Shown: piece by piece, positions 26,505 to 40,162 of the stretch
How the letters are laid out: each line of letters opens with the position of its first letter
How positions within the stretch are numbered: the first letter of the stretch is position 1
Assembly (NCBI GenBank): GCA_951406725.2
Contig: OX597832.1
Coordinates: forward strand, 43,958,001-44,022,000
DNA length: 64,000 nt
Source of the DNA: Octopus vulgaris
Lineage: Eukaryota
Reading direction: 5' to 3'
Notes under the pieces: generated by a model
The model's database searches: none
Seen by the model: only the letters and a program-made list of their open reading frames with translations
Told to the model about the DNA's origin: nothing
Translations under genes and position numbers: made by a program

Positions 26505-27022
26505 TACTGTATATCCTTGAGTATAGTCCACCCTTGAGTATAATATGCAGGGGATTTTTAGGGGGCTGTACCTCTGAAAAACCTAAACCTTGTGTATAAT
26601 ATGCACCCCTTCTCTAACTTGAGTGAAGGAGGTCTCTATAATGTCTTTGGTTTGTAAAAATGTATAAGGTAACATCCTTTATTATTATTGTATATATAAC
26701 ATAATGCAAACGTGTAGCTTTTTTGTGCATTTTGTTTGCAGAAAATAAAGAAATAACAGTAATAACATTTAATAAATGTTGCTTATTGCAAGTTATGGAT
26801 GATTCTTTTATGACTTCATTGCTTTCAGGCTTAGCTTAAGGTATTTTCATGCCCGACATCACAAAATGTGTCTGAATAAACATTTGCCGGGCAGAAAATA
26901 GAGACTCGGACATTGCTTAGGAAACAATTTTCATTTTTAACCTCGTATATAGTACGCACTAGGGACTTTGACCTTTAAATTTTGGGGGAAAAAATGCGGA
27001 TTATACTCGAGGATTTATGGTA
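26505..27022. mobile_element. Tc1/mariner-superfamily MITE (~515 bp) with TA target duplication
   Basis: Left end TA-CTGTATATCCTTGAGTATAGTCC matches the right-end reverse complement TA-CCATAAATCCTCGAGTATAATCC. Confidence 0.8.
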
Positions 27023-27026
27023 CCTA

Positions 27027-27067
<41 letters not shown>

Positions 27068-27623
27068 TTTAAACATAAGTTTATACACACATCAAACTAG
27101 ATACAATAAACAAATAAATGCTCATATAAACGTAAATTGACCTAAAAACACACATGCAAATGATTACATCTTCGTATATACATAATCAATCAGCTTGCAG
27201 ATGCACACACTGCACATGCACACATGCACACACTGCACATGCACACATGCACACACTGCACATGCACACATGCACACACTGCACATGCACACATGCACAC
27301 ACTGGTACAAAACACATGACACAAAATAAAAATGAACCGCAGTAAAAATACTTTTATCTAAAATCATGTATATATATATATACTATGTATATATACACTA
27401 ACATAACGACATGCATAAACACACACACACGTGCACACAGTAAACCATACATATTGATACCATCATTAAGATAGATAATATACACGCACATACACGCATG
27501 CCCACACACACACACACAGATGTGCGTATGTTGGACATACATCCCAATTAACAGATCATCTTTCATACAAATATATATTTATCCAAACATACACTAATAT
27601 ATATATATGTATATATATGTATA

Positions 27624-27743
<120 letters not shown>

Positions 27744-28380
27744 CAAACATAGAGAATGACTAAACCAGAATATACACAACATACATGATTGCATACACGC
27801 TGCATGGGATTGCTAAAAATACGCGAATATACACTCATTAAGGAAACCCAATTAAGGGATTAGCCTCCATATAAACACTGACTCACCCAAAATCACATAG
27901 ATACACACAAGGCAAACATACAAATACATACATTAATCAAGACATACACACACACACACAAGCACAAACACACAGAGTTAAGAATGCACACATACACTTA
28001 CAACCACACAAATGGATACACAGACAGAGTGAAGAATGCAGACACATAAATACACACACAAACACAAATAAACACACCTATAAACTCATATGTGCTTACA
28101 CACATAACAGGACTTAAAAATGCATGCACACACACACATACACACACAACAACAGCACATACAAGTTCATGAACAGAAACACACTCAACTACACTTACAA
28201 CACACATACACATTCAACCATATTTATAAACTCATATGCACACACACTCACACACACACACAAACACACACACACTCACACACACACACACTCACACACA
28301 CACACACACTCACATACACACAGAGAAAAGCACAATTACAAGCACACATACATCCATACCTACAAATTTGCACACTCACA

Positions 28381-28464
<84 letters not shown>

Positions 28465-29029
28465 TATTCACACAGCTCAGTGACAAAGCTATGACTCGTT
28501 TTATGACACTGAATTTCTAATAGCTGTTGTCCTGCACATCAGATTTTACTGGAAAAAAAATATTTAAAAAGAATATCCAGGTTTCTCTAGCACTAAATGG
28601 AGAAGAAATAAATCTTTCCTTGACCAGGGCACTGGTCTTTTGCATTTAGATGATCCCACAGGAGAGATTGAACTCTCCACCGCAATGCATCAAAATACTT
28701 TAAGCCAACAGGATTGTTTTTGTGGTCACTCGATCTGCAAAATCTCCCTCAAATCACACCTTGGTCTTAGAAAAGTGTACACTGACATAGCTGTGTGGTA
28801 AGAAGCTTGCTTCCCAACCACATGGTTATGGGTTCAGTCCCACCGAGTGGCACTTTGGGCAAGTATCTTTCTTGTACCATAGCCTTGAGACAACCAAAGC
28901 TTTGTGAGTGAATTTGGTTGATGGAAACTGAAGAAAGCCCACCGTGTGTGTGTTTGTGTTTGTCCCCCAACACTGCTTGGCAATTGTATTTTCTTTCACC
29001 AAAAGCTAAGAACTTTTCAGCACCCACTC

Positions 29030-29420
29030 ATATATATATAAATATATATATATATACACACAAAATAAGAAAATGGAGAAATACATCTTAATCAATAATC
29101 AACTACCAGATAATACCCAATCACATAATTTATCAAACCACTACATATGAACATTAAGGTCAAACATAATAATATAGAAAAAAACAATGTACATGAATGA
29201 GTAATATGATACAATAAGTACAGTATGTATAAGTGAATAAAAAAAATACAAACATAAATATAAACTACATCTTACAGCTGTTTCGGCCATGCAGATATAG
29301 GTGTCTCATTATGCTCATATTAGCCATGTGTGATAGGTTAATATGTAGTTATAAATGAGACACTTACAAAATATCCCAAGGCCTCTTCAGAGATTATGAA
29401 GTACAAACTAAATTAAATAT
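29030..29420 (-). mobile_element. Short hammerhead-bearing element (Penelope-like terminus) between (TA)n tracts
   Basis: Contains the 29269-29394 ribozyme and is bounded by TA repeats on both sides. Confidence 0.5.
29269..29394 (-). ncRNA. Type I hammerhead ribozyme (Penelope-like minimal type) with ~99-nt extended stem II
   Basis: Minus strand reads AUCU-CUGAAGA-GGCC[91 nt]GGCC-GAAA-CAGCUG-UA/AGAU. Core is intact, stem I is AUCU/AGAU, stem III ACAGCUGU is palindromic, and the cleavage triplet is GUA (cut between 29273 and 29272). Confidence 0.8.
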
Positions 29421-29811
29421 ATATATATATATATATATGACAGGTTTCTTTCCGTTTCTATCTACCAAATCCATTGACAAGGCTTTGCTTGGTCCATACG
29501 AATAGCAAAGGACCACGTTTCGGACTTCTCCCACTCTGGGACGAAGACCACTTTGCTCAACAAACAAACAAACAAAACAGCAACTGCAACAACAACAACA
29601 AGAACAACATCTGCTCCTCCACAACCACCAACCAGAAATACAATACCATGCTTATAGCTAGATCAAGCCTATCTACTAACCCAGTAGCTCATCCACTTAG
29701 TATTTTGTCTCCATAAACTGGGAAGAGCATCCAAATATTAAATCAAATCTGTCAAAACCACTGTTCCGTTCAACCAATACTCATGCCGGCATTAAGAAAT
29801 ATTGTAAATGC

Positions 29812-29843
<32 letters not shown>

Positions 29844-30027
29844 TTCTCTTTCTCTCTCTCTCTCTCTCTCCTTCTCTCTCTCTTTCTCTTTCTCTCTCCC
29901 TCTCTCTCTCTCTCTTTCTCTTTCTCTCTTTCTCTCTCTCTCTCCTTCTCTCTCTCTCTCTTTCTCTTTCTCTTTCTCTCTCTCTCTCTCTCTTTCTCTC
30001 TCTCCTTCTCTCTCCTTCTCTCTCTCT

Positions 30028-30068
<41 letters not shown>

Positions 30069-30639
30069 TCTCTCTCTCTATCTATCTATCTCTCTCACTC
30101 TCTCTCAGACTTCTATTGTCTTTTTCCTGAAGTTTTTATTTCATATTTTATTCAGTTCTTCATCACTTCCACTACCACCGACCGACCAAACCAACCTAAA
30201 CCACAAAAATGTGAAACTTGTGTGTGCAAAGATTTCCTTATTTCCGCATATGCGGCACCATTAAAGCAGAACTGATTTTAATTTGCAGTATTAATCTCTA
30301 GTACATACCAAAACCATCTTTGGTGACCCGTGGAATTGTATAGTGTTTCAATTTTCATGAATTTCGGCGGGGGGGGGGGACGACTGCGATGATGTGTGTA
30401 TTTGCCGAAAAAAGGAAAACAGCAGGAAGCAGGAGAGCAAGTGAAATTCTAGAATTGGAAGGGCGGGGGGGGTGTCGGTGTCGGTGGTGGTCGTGGTGGT
30501 GGTGGTCGTGGTGGTGGTGGTCGTGGTAGGAGTTGATGGATGGTGTATGGTGGACAGTGGACAGTGGGAAGGAGGAGGGTGGTGTTGAAAGTTGCGAAAA
30601 AAAAATAAATAAAATAAAAGTAAAGAAGAAAAAAAACAA

Positions 30640-30676
<37 letters not shown>

Positions 30677-30858
30677 ATTCAGTCAATATTTCAAACCATT
30701 TCATCTGCATTTTATGTTCTTTTATGACAATACAAAGTGATTGATCTCTAAATAGTACGAAAGCCTTTGATATCTGCCAATCAACAATATCGGATGAATA
30801 TATCGAACTTTCCAGCTATATTAATGTTACTGATCTGTTTATCAAATACTAGAAATAG

Positions 30859-30898
<40 letters not shown>

Positions 30899-31043
30899 AC
30901 ACACAATGAATCATTATTAGAAATCTGTCTGTTATTAGTCCAGTAGATATGGAGTTTTGTGGGGGGTGGGGAGGTGAGGGAACGGGGGGGAAGGGGGAAC
31001 GGGGGGGGAGAAGCAGCAGAGGCAGCAGGAAATAATGATGACA

Positions 31044-31087
<44 letters not shown>

Positions 31088-31199
31088 GATTATGATGATG
31101 ATGCTGATAAATGAAATAAATACAAAGATAAGTTCAGTTGACTTACTTGTGTAGAGTAATAATGATGACGATGACGATGATGATGATGACGACGATGAC

Positions 31200-31247
<48 letters not shown>

Positions 31248-32561
31248 GATGATGATGGTAATGATATGTATTGAAATATGAAAATATGAATCATGCAACA
31301 GAGATGTTTATCAAAGTTTTCTTGAATTTTATTTGTTTTATCTTATTTCATTTTATTTTGTTTTCATTTTCTCTAGGAGCCAAAGTTGGCCTCATTCGCA
31401 AAGAGAATGTCACTGAGTGGGGGCTGGGGGGGGGGGGGGTTGGCTCGACAGGCAGAGAAGAGGGCCAATAGTATTTATAGTGTAACCAAAGTCAACTAGT
31501 AATAAGGTTTTGTGGTTTTGTTCAGAGCTCTCATCGAAGACGTTACGGCTTTGACCAAATTGGGAGAGGTTGAAAGAATTGAGGCTCTACTCTCATAAGA
31601 GAAGATGCAAAAGATATGCATTGATATATACATATAAAGGGAAAGTTTATGAAAATAAACAAAAGATGAAGACAGGTGGTGTACAAACAAACAGCTGGAC
31701 GGAACGCCAGTCCATCGCAGCGTTGATAAATTAAGTACCAGTGAAACACTGGGGTCAATGTAATCAACTAGTCCCCACCTCCAAAATTTCAGACCTTGTG
31801 CCCTTTGTGCCTATAGTAGAAAGGATTATTATAAGAGTGGATGATAAGTCTAAACGTAAATCTGTGAGTCGGAGAAAGGGAATTGGAGAAGACACTTGCC
31901 CATGGTGTTCAGAAAGATCTTGAACAGCTGGGTTCCTCATTTACTTCTAGGGGTCCTCCTGTATCAACAGGACTACATCATTATCATTTCCTGCATACTA
32001 TAATTCCCTTCCTTTTCATTGTATACTGTGTATATTTACCCCTTTTTCTTTTTTTTTTATTATATTTATTTTATCATTTCATTATATGTAAACACCCAAC
32101 ACTTTATGTCTGCTTTTGTATTATCTGACTCCCTAATCTTTCGCCCTGGTGGCAAATAAAAGAAATCATTATTATTATTATTAGTTTTTGATTTCTGATT
32201 CTTCTGTAAAAGAACAGTATTGAACCCTTTCTATTTCTGTAATTTCTTTACATCTCATTCTTCCTTTTCCTCTCTTTCCTTACTTATTTTTCATACTCTT
32301 ACCTTTTACTCTCTCTCTCTCTCTCTCTTTTACTTTCACTTTCACTTTTCCACCCTGTTTCTGTCTTTCGTTTTCTTCCTGTTTCCCTCTCACTCTGTTT
32401 CGTCCCCTTTTCACATTTTGCTTTCTATTTCCTTCTCACCTTATTCTCCCTTCTATTTCTCTATGATTTCTTTCTCTCTTTTTACCACCTCTCCGTCTCC
32501 GTACTCTCTCTTTGTCTTACTCTTTCTTTCACTATTCTTATTGCTCCCTTCTCTCTTTTCA

Positions 32562-32601
<40 letters not shown>

Positions 32602-33494
32602 TTGTTTTAAGCATCATTAAATAAAGTAAAAAAAAAAAAAAGAAAGAAAAAATCAAGTGAAAATTATAATTCAAGAATTCTGTTAGAATAATGTTTGAGA
32701 ATCATCTGAAACAATTTTATATTTTTTGTTATAATAATTTGATACAATCAAAAGAGAATCAGACCATTACAGACAATTTAAATTCCATAAGGACAGCAAT
32801 ACAAAAGATGTTATCAAGAAAATACTTTACGCATTTTTGTACCATTTCAATAATTCTGCACAAAGATGAATTTTTTCTAAATAAAGAAGAAGATAAAAAT
32901 TTTGGCCACTAATGATAACTGATCCTGACGAAAAACTTCAAGAGTTGGATAATGAGCTGCAACAATTTAAGCTTAGATTCCTGTCAAGGAATAAAGGAAT
33001 TAGCCTGATAGCATCTTTCATTTCAGTTTAATCTCTAAGGACACCTTAAACATTATTGAGGAAATAAATTGACAGGCAGATAAGATTCCGCATCAGATTT
33101 CACAAGAGAAATTTTTTTACCGTTTTTTTTTTTTTTCCTTCCTTTCACTGTCTTTATATTCATTTTTATGGAAATTAAAGCTAGCTACAGTTGCTTGTTG
33201 TAGGTAGTTCCCACCTCTCATCTCATCTTCATCTTCTTCCTTGTTTCATATTCAATTTTATAGGAAGCTATTGTTCACCACATTTGCTTAAGATAGCTAA
33301 CACACCTCAATATCGTTTTCATATTCCAAACAGGAATTTTTTTTATTTTATTTTCATTTTTTTTTTGTGTTTTGCTTTTGTAATCTTTGAATTTTACCTA
33401 AAGAGGTTTATAACTACAATATGAAGAAACGCCTGTGGGGAATAAACAGACGTTATTGCAAGGAAAAGATAACATAGCAATTGCGAAAAGGTAA

Positions 33495-33910
33495 GGCGCA
33501 GGAGTGGCTGTGTGGTAAGTAGCTTGCTTACCAACCACATGGTTCCAGGTTCAGTCCCACTGCGTGGCACCTTGGGCAAGTGTCTTCTACTATAGCCCCG
33601 GGCCGACCAATACCTTGTGAGTGGATTTGGTAGACGGAAACTGAAAGAAGCCTGTTGTATATATATATATATATATATGTCTGTGTGTGTATATGTCTGT
33701 GTGTCTGTGTTTGTCCCCCCAACATCGCTTGACAACCGATGCTGGTGTGTTTACGTCCCCATCACTTAGCGGTTCGGCAAAAAGAGACCAATAGAGTAAG
33801 TACTGGGCTTACAAAAGAATAAGTCCCGGGGTCGATTTGCTTGACTAAAGGTGGTGCTCCAGCATGGCCGCAGTCAAATGACTGAAACAAGTAAAAGAGT
33901 AAAAGAGTAA
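33495..33910 (+). mobile_element. Full-length tRNA-derived SINE family A (CORE-like CCTTGGGCAAG block, internal microsatellite, (AAAGAGT)n tail)
   Basis: A box TGGCTGTGTGG and B box GGTTCAGTCCC. More than 20 full or partial copies occur in the window. Confidence 0.92.
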
Positions 33911-34549
33911 GGAGTATAAGTGTGTACTCTTGAAGTATTCCTCAAAATGCCTGATATTCATTACCGTTGCTAGAAAGAGTACAAACATAGACATCAGTAG
34001 AGTACAAGAGCATAATAGCATTAACCCTTTTGGGACTATAATTCTAATGTAATACACAGTCCATGGCAGTGGGCTACCAGAATTGTTGGCGCACTGGGCG
34101 AAATGCTTAGCTGTAATTTTGTTCATCTTTATGTTTTGAGTTCAAATCCTGCCAAGTTGACTTTACCTTTCATCCCTTGTGTGGGGGTCAATAAAATAAG
34201 TACCAGTTGAGCACTGAGGTCAATGTAACTGACTTAACAACTCCTGAGTATGAGTTTTTTTCAGTCATTTGACTGTGGCCATGCTGGAGCACCGCCTTTA
34301 GTCGAGCAAATCAACCCCAGGACTTATTCCTTGTAAGCCTAGTACTTATTCTATTGGTCTCTTTTGCTAAACCGCTAAGTTACGGGGATGTAAACACACC
34401 AGCATTGGTTGTCAAGCAATGCTGGGGGAACAAACACAGACACACAAACATATACACACACACATATATATGATGGGCATCTTTCAGTTTCCGTCTACCA
34501 AATCCACTCACAATGCTTAGGTTGGCCTGAGGCTATAGTAGAAGGCACT

Positions 34550-34960
34550 TGCCGCTACGTTCTGAGTTCAAATTCCACCGAGATCGACTTTGCCTTTCAT
34601 CTTTTTGGGGGTCAATTAAATAAGTACCAGTTACGCACTGGGGTCGATACAACCGACTTCGTCTGTTTGTCTGTCCTTGTTTGTCCCCTCTGTGTTTAGC
34701 CCCTTGTGGGTAGTAAAGAAATAGGTATTTCGTCTGCCGTTACATTCTGAAGGCGGCGAGCTGGCAGAAACGTTAGCACGCCGGACGAAATGCTTAGCAG
34801 TATTTCGTCTGCGTTACGTTCTGAGTTCAAATTCAGCCAAGGTCGACTTCGCCTTTCATCCTTTCGGGGTCAATTCAATAAGTACCAGTTACACACTGAG
34901 GTCGATGTAATCGACTTAATCCATTTGTCTGTCCTTGTTTGTCCCCTCTGTGTGTAGCCC
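34550..34960 (+). mobile_element. Chimeric tandem SINE family B copies fused to a truncated family A copy
   Basis: Family A sequence switches at cacttgcc to family B gccgctacgttctgag. Two B units follow. Confidence 0.8.
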
Positions 34961-35773
34961 GTTTAGGACAACTTAAAATCTTGCCCTATTTATACAGTTA
35001 AATGCTTTAGAAAAGTCTACAAGATAAACAAGATTGGATTTTCTTGAGTTTCAAGCATTGATGCACATTCTGAATGCTAGTATTGGTATTGGTACCGTTT
35101 ATAATTCTATTTGGCCTGCAGCCAGACTGAAAACTTAGAATTAATTCATCCATTCTTGTTGTTAGCCTCAAAGTCTACAATTCTTACGCTATTACACAGC
35201 TAACAGTGTGTCTCCGATAATAAATTAACATAGAATTTTTAACAAATCTCTAAAGTTCAGAAATCCATTTGTACAGTCGCTACTGAACCTTCGCCCTATT
35301 AACAGATGGAATGAAATTTGAATCTATAACCATGCAGCAAATAATATACTGAAAAATCAATCTTGGAATGTGCATTCGATTTCTTGTTCATTTTGTTAGA
35401 CAAATCACGTGGAGCAGAAGAAATACTGAAAACATACCGAATTATTAAATTCTTTGAGTCATTAGGTGTTCGCAAAAATTACTCTCAAGTTATAGAAATG
35501 TCAGATCAATTTCAGCATGTCGTCGTAAATGTCACCGCTACGAGTAAAGTATTTTGCCCTTACAAAAATCAAAAAAGCAACTTTGGTTTGCTGCTTACAC
35601 CAAATAATTTTGTTTGTTTAACAGGTGCAAGGTATGGCTGTGAAGTTAAGAAGTTTGCTTCCCAGTCGCATGGGTGTGGATTCAGTCCCACCTTGGGCAA
35701 GCGTCTTTTACTATTTTGCCTGGTCCAACCAAAACCTTGTGAGTAAATTTGGCAGATGGAAACTGAAAACAGC

Positions 35774-35834
<61 letters not shown>

Positions 35835-35956
35835 GTGTATATATATATACATAGTTAATCCAAACATGAAAACACAAAAAGAAAACACAACAATGCGAGG
35901 ACGTGGAACAAGTATAGTGTTATTGGACGCTCAAGAAATGAAGGAAAGAAGGAGGC

Positions 35957-35991
35957 GTTTAACATTTTGAGCGGAGCTCTTCGTCAGAAAC
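35957..35991 (-). ncRNA. Degenerate minimal hammerhead motif (CpG-decayed)
   Basis: Minus strand reads GUUU-CUGACGA-A-GAGCUCCGCUC-AAAAUGUU/AAAC. Restoring two CpG transitions gives GAAACGUU with palindromic ACGU stem III. Stem I is GUUU/AAAC. Confidence 0.6.
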
Positions 35992-36863
35992 ATAGGAAAA
36001 GGAAAGATCCAAGGAAGGGAAGACGGGGGAGAAAAAATCGCCAACGGTACACACGCGGTCACATATACATATATGTAAGCATAGACATATATATGTATAC
36101 ATATGTATATGTATATGTGTGTGAGTATGTATACATCTATGCATTATGTATGTATACATCTATGTATGTATACATCTATGCATCTATGCATATGTGTATG
36201 TATGCACATGTGTGTGTGTGTGTGTCCTTGTCTTGACATTACAAGACAGTTGCAAATGTCACTGTCATACAAGCAGTTCATTTCCACTAATCTGCAAAAA
36301 CAGGTATGGCCTTGGGGGAAACATGACCTCGTTTGGAAACAAGTGAGGGTTGTTGACGGGAAAGGCATCCAACTGTAAAAAAAAAATCTACCTCAGTAAA
36401 CTCCATCTAACCCATGCAGGCATGGAAGAGTGGATGTTAAAATAATGATGATGATGATGATTTTGTTAGACTAATAATGTGGAGCAGAAGAAATACTCAA
36501 AACATACCATATTATTAAATTCTTTGAGTCATTAGGTGTTCGCAAGAATTACTCTTAAGTTATAGAAATATCAGATCAATGATGATGACAATGACAACGC
36601 CAACGACAATGATTATATTTCATATTCTATCTTGCTTCCTTTACCATGTGTATCCTGATTTCAGACTGCATTACACTACATCCCAGCATGTTATAAGAGG
36701 TGACTAAAAGGGTTGTGGACAGGAAAGGTGTCTGGTTACAAGACACTGTTTTAGAAAAACTGTGCAACCCATGACTATATCAAAAAGCAGACACAAAATA
36801 CTGAAGATGATTGACAAAGACTGCCCTGCTTCTAGTTCATGCTTGGATGCATGGATAGCTTTA

Positions 36864-37247
36864 AGGCTGAAGACGCTCGACCTTTATTCTCTAGAAAAAT
36901 GATGCCACCGTGGTGATCTCATTCTTGCTCACAACATCATAAGCGGAAAGTGTAACCTCTCGAAAGAGCTGTTCTTCACTCCTGCTCCAGAGCGTCGGCT
37001 GCGGGGTCACTCCGAAAAGCTCTATCTGCGACGATTTCATCTCAATCGAAGGAGAGGGGCTTTCTCCGTCAGGGTTGCAGATCCGTGGAATAAGCTGCCG
37101 GACGAGATAGTGAAGATGCCGACGACAGCTCGGTTCAAAGTCTCCCTTGACCAGAAGTGGCCTGAACTCTCCCTGTACATAACTCCATGTCCCCCTACAT
37201 GGCCTTGCTTTTCGCTTTTTGAGCCAAAAAATTAACTAACTAACTAA
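36864..37247 (+). mobile_element. CR1-clade LINE 3' end with (TAAC)n tail
   Basis: Translates RLKTLDLYSLEK*CHRGDLILAHNIISGK...RGHSEKL...RRGAFSVRVADPWNKLPDEIV...FKVSLD, the typical CR1 ORF2 C-terminus, then taactaactaact. Confidence 0.9.
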
Positions 37248-37556
37248 TAGTTGAGAATGGTTTTCCTCTTCTGCTCACCATTGTTATCTATGATATTTTG
37301 GTAGAGTGACATTCTAGTTCGAGCATCTAACCATTTTGTTAATCAGTAAGAAAGCAACTTCAACATTAAGGAAGCCAGGTAGGATGAACAGAATGAGAAC
37401 TTCTCTTGTAGTGAGACTCAAGTGAGGGACCCTATTAAAGTAATGCCTGGTTTCTATTATCTAACCAGAAAGGAGTGGACACACACCAAGGCCAGATTAA
37501 GACCCATAGAGGACCTAAGCACTTAAAATATTTTGATGTCCCCATATATATATATA

Positions 37557-37913
<357 letters not shown>

Positions 37914-38477
37914 ATTCAAAATATAAACAATGATAAACCATTTTTGTTTTCCAAAATGAAACAAAACTAACAATAAGATGGAAAGTAATGTTCATTTTTG
38001 TATACTTTCACTTTTTTTTTGACATTGGAAAAGTTTTCTCCTTTTTTTAAAAAAAAAAAGCAAAGTCTTTGATCAGATCCTCATGATGACCCCATGAGCA
38101 CTTCAGAATTATATTTCCTATCATATAAACCACTTTGAATATTATTTTAACAAGTTTAAAGTGATTTCTTTTGTGCTGTAAACCATCTACCATTTTTGTG
38201 GTGCCCCACTTTCCTTGATGCTCTAAGCATGAGATTATTTTGCTTAATGGTTAATCCAGCACTGACATATGCAAATAAACTGAGATCAGGCCTTGCCAAA
38301 CAGTAGCAAACCTATATAAATGGGGAATTCATAAGTCCCTTATATGCTCGGGTTGTCTGGTTTCCCTATTAGACCCACATATACACACAACCTTTCATCA
38401 CACCGTCCAACCAGTTTTATCCTAGTGAGTTATGGAATAATCCATGTAGCTGGCAAAACATACATCAATAGGATTTC

Positions 38478-38845
38478 ATCATCATCATCGTTTAACGTCC
38501 GTTTTCCATGCTAGCATGGGTTGGACGGTTAAACTGGGGTCTGGGAAGCCAGAAGGCTGCGCCAGGCTCCAGTCTGATCTGGCAGTGTTTCTACAGCTGG
38601 ATGCCCTTCCTAACGCCAACCACTCCGTGAGTGTAGTGGGTGCTTTTTACGTGCCACCTGCACAGGTGCCAGACGAGGCTGGCAAACAGCCATGATCAGA
38701 TGGTGCTTTTTACGTGCCACCGGCACAGAGGCCAATCAGGGCGGCGCTGGCAACGGCCACGTTCGGATGGTTCTCTTACATGCCTCCGGCACTGGTATCA
38801 TAGCTTCAATTTCCATTGATGTTGATCGATTTTGATTTTGAGATG
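38478..38845 (-). mobile_element. SINE-like repeat with V-domain-like GGAAGGGCATCC block, internal ~66-bp tandem units and (TGA)n tail; relatives at 40463-40700, 36230-36460, 12490-12720, 45920-46080
   Basis: Recurring ggaagggcatccagc and gtgctttttacgtgccacc blocks. Confidence 0.75.
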
Positions 38846-39049
38846 ATAGAAATACCATACGGAACAACAGTCGCTCACACTCAGTTACCATTTCACCAGA
38901 GAGTGTTAAAACAATAAGTAAAAGCCCTGTACGTACCACCAATTCATAGCTTAGTGTAAGTAGTAGTTGTGGATTGTTAGTTTTATGTTAGATAAGTACC
39001 ATGAAGGCGCTTGGCCTAGTGGTTTGAGTTTTGTGGTCATGATTGTAAG

Positions 39050-39165
39050 AACATGGACATAATTTGTCTGATATGGGAAGCAGCCAAGAAACATGCCAAT
39101 GACTGCAAAAAGTGGAAACAACTGTTGAGGCCCTGTGCCACACAAGGGGCCAAAAAGAATTAAGA
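39050..39165 (+). mobile_element. RTE-like LINE 3' terminus whose tail runs into the (GAA)n array
   Basis: Translates WEAAKKHANDCKKW...VEALCHTRG, a typical RTE C-terminal motif, immediately before aagaagaag. Confidence 0.6.
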
Positions 39166-39744
39166 AGAAGGAGAAGAAGAAGAAGAAGAAGAAGAAGAAG
39201 AAGAAAGAGAAGAAGAAGAAGGAGGAGGAGGAGGAGGAGGAGGAGAAGAAGGAGGAGGAGGGGGATGGGAGGGGATGGGAGGGGGAGGAGGGGGAGGGGA
39301 GGGGAAGGAGGGGGAGGAGGGGGAGGGGATGGGATGGGAGGAGGGGGAGGGGGAGGAGGGGGAGGAGGGGGAGGAGGAGGAGAAGAAGAAGAAGAAGAAG
39401 AAGAAGAAGAAGAAGAAGAAGAAGAAGAAGAAAGAGAAGAAGAAAGAGAAGAAGAAGAGGAGGAGAAGAAGAAGAAGAAGAAGAAGAAGAAGAAGAAGAA
39501 GAAGAAGAAGAAGAAGAAGAAAGAAGAAGAAGAAGAAGAAAGAGAAGAAGAAGAGGAGGAGAAGAAGAAGAAGAAGAAGAAAGAGAAGAAGAAAGAGAAG
39601 AAGAAGAGGAGGAGGAGAAGAAGAAGAAGAAGAAGAAGAAGAAGAAGAAGAAGAAGAAGAAGAAGAAGAAGAAGAAGAAGAAGAAGAAAGAAGAAGAAGA
39701 AGAAGAAGAAGAAGAAGAAGAAGAAGAAGAAGAAGAAGAAGAAG

Positions 39745-39775
<31 letters not shown>
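39162..39775. repeat. ~610-bp polypurine tract, (GAA)n/(GGA)n with G-run core
   Basis: Almost pure A/G on the plus strand. Confidence 0.97.
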
Positions 39776-40162
39776 GAGACAGCTTTGTATCGCATAGTCT
39801 TCACTGCTGTATGATGTGTTCATTCACTCAAATAACATATCTGAGGAGGTGATTAGAAGGGAAAGAAATGGTAAAAGAATCAGGATGAGTTGATGAAGGC
39901 TGCAAAGCTATAATGATAGAGCTAAAGTGACTGGAATGAGAGGGTGTATATACTTATGCAAATACTAGGGGGTCTCTTACACCCACCTGTTGGGTGGCCA
40001 TAGACTCTACTGACTTCATCCACCCTCTGACAGGTTTTGTGTTTTGTCTTATGGAGTGTTCAGTGAAATCAACCTCAGCAGAACTCAGAAAGTAAGGATG
40101 GACGAAATGCCGCTAAGCATCTTGTGCCTGGCACACTAACAATTCTGCCAGCTCCCTACTTT

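Noticed and set aside
31350-31620. Plus-strand acceptor-like sites (ttttctctag|GAGCC, ttgttcag|AGCTC)
   Set aside because: No convincing donor or open frame, and no other plus-strand exons.
33398-33432. 35-nt minus-strand micro-exon (ccccacag|...TAG|GTAAAA)
   Set aside because: The length is not a multiple of three, the donor is weak and the peptide is not recognisable.
38951-39823. Long poly-K/E/R/S ORFs
   Set aside because: These are reading frames through the (GAA)n tract.
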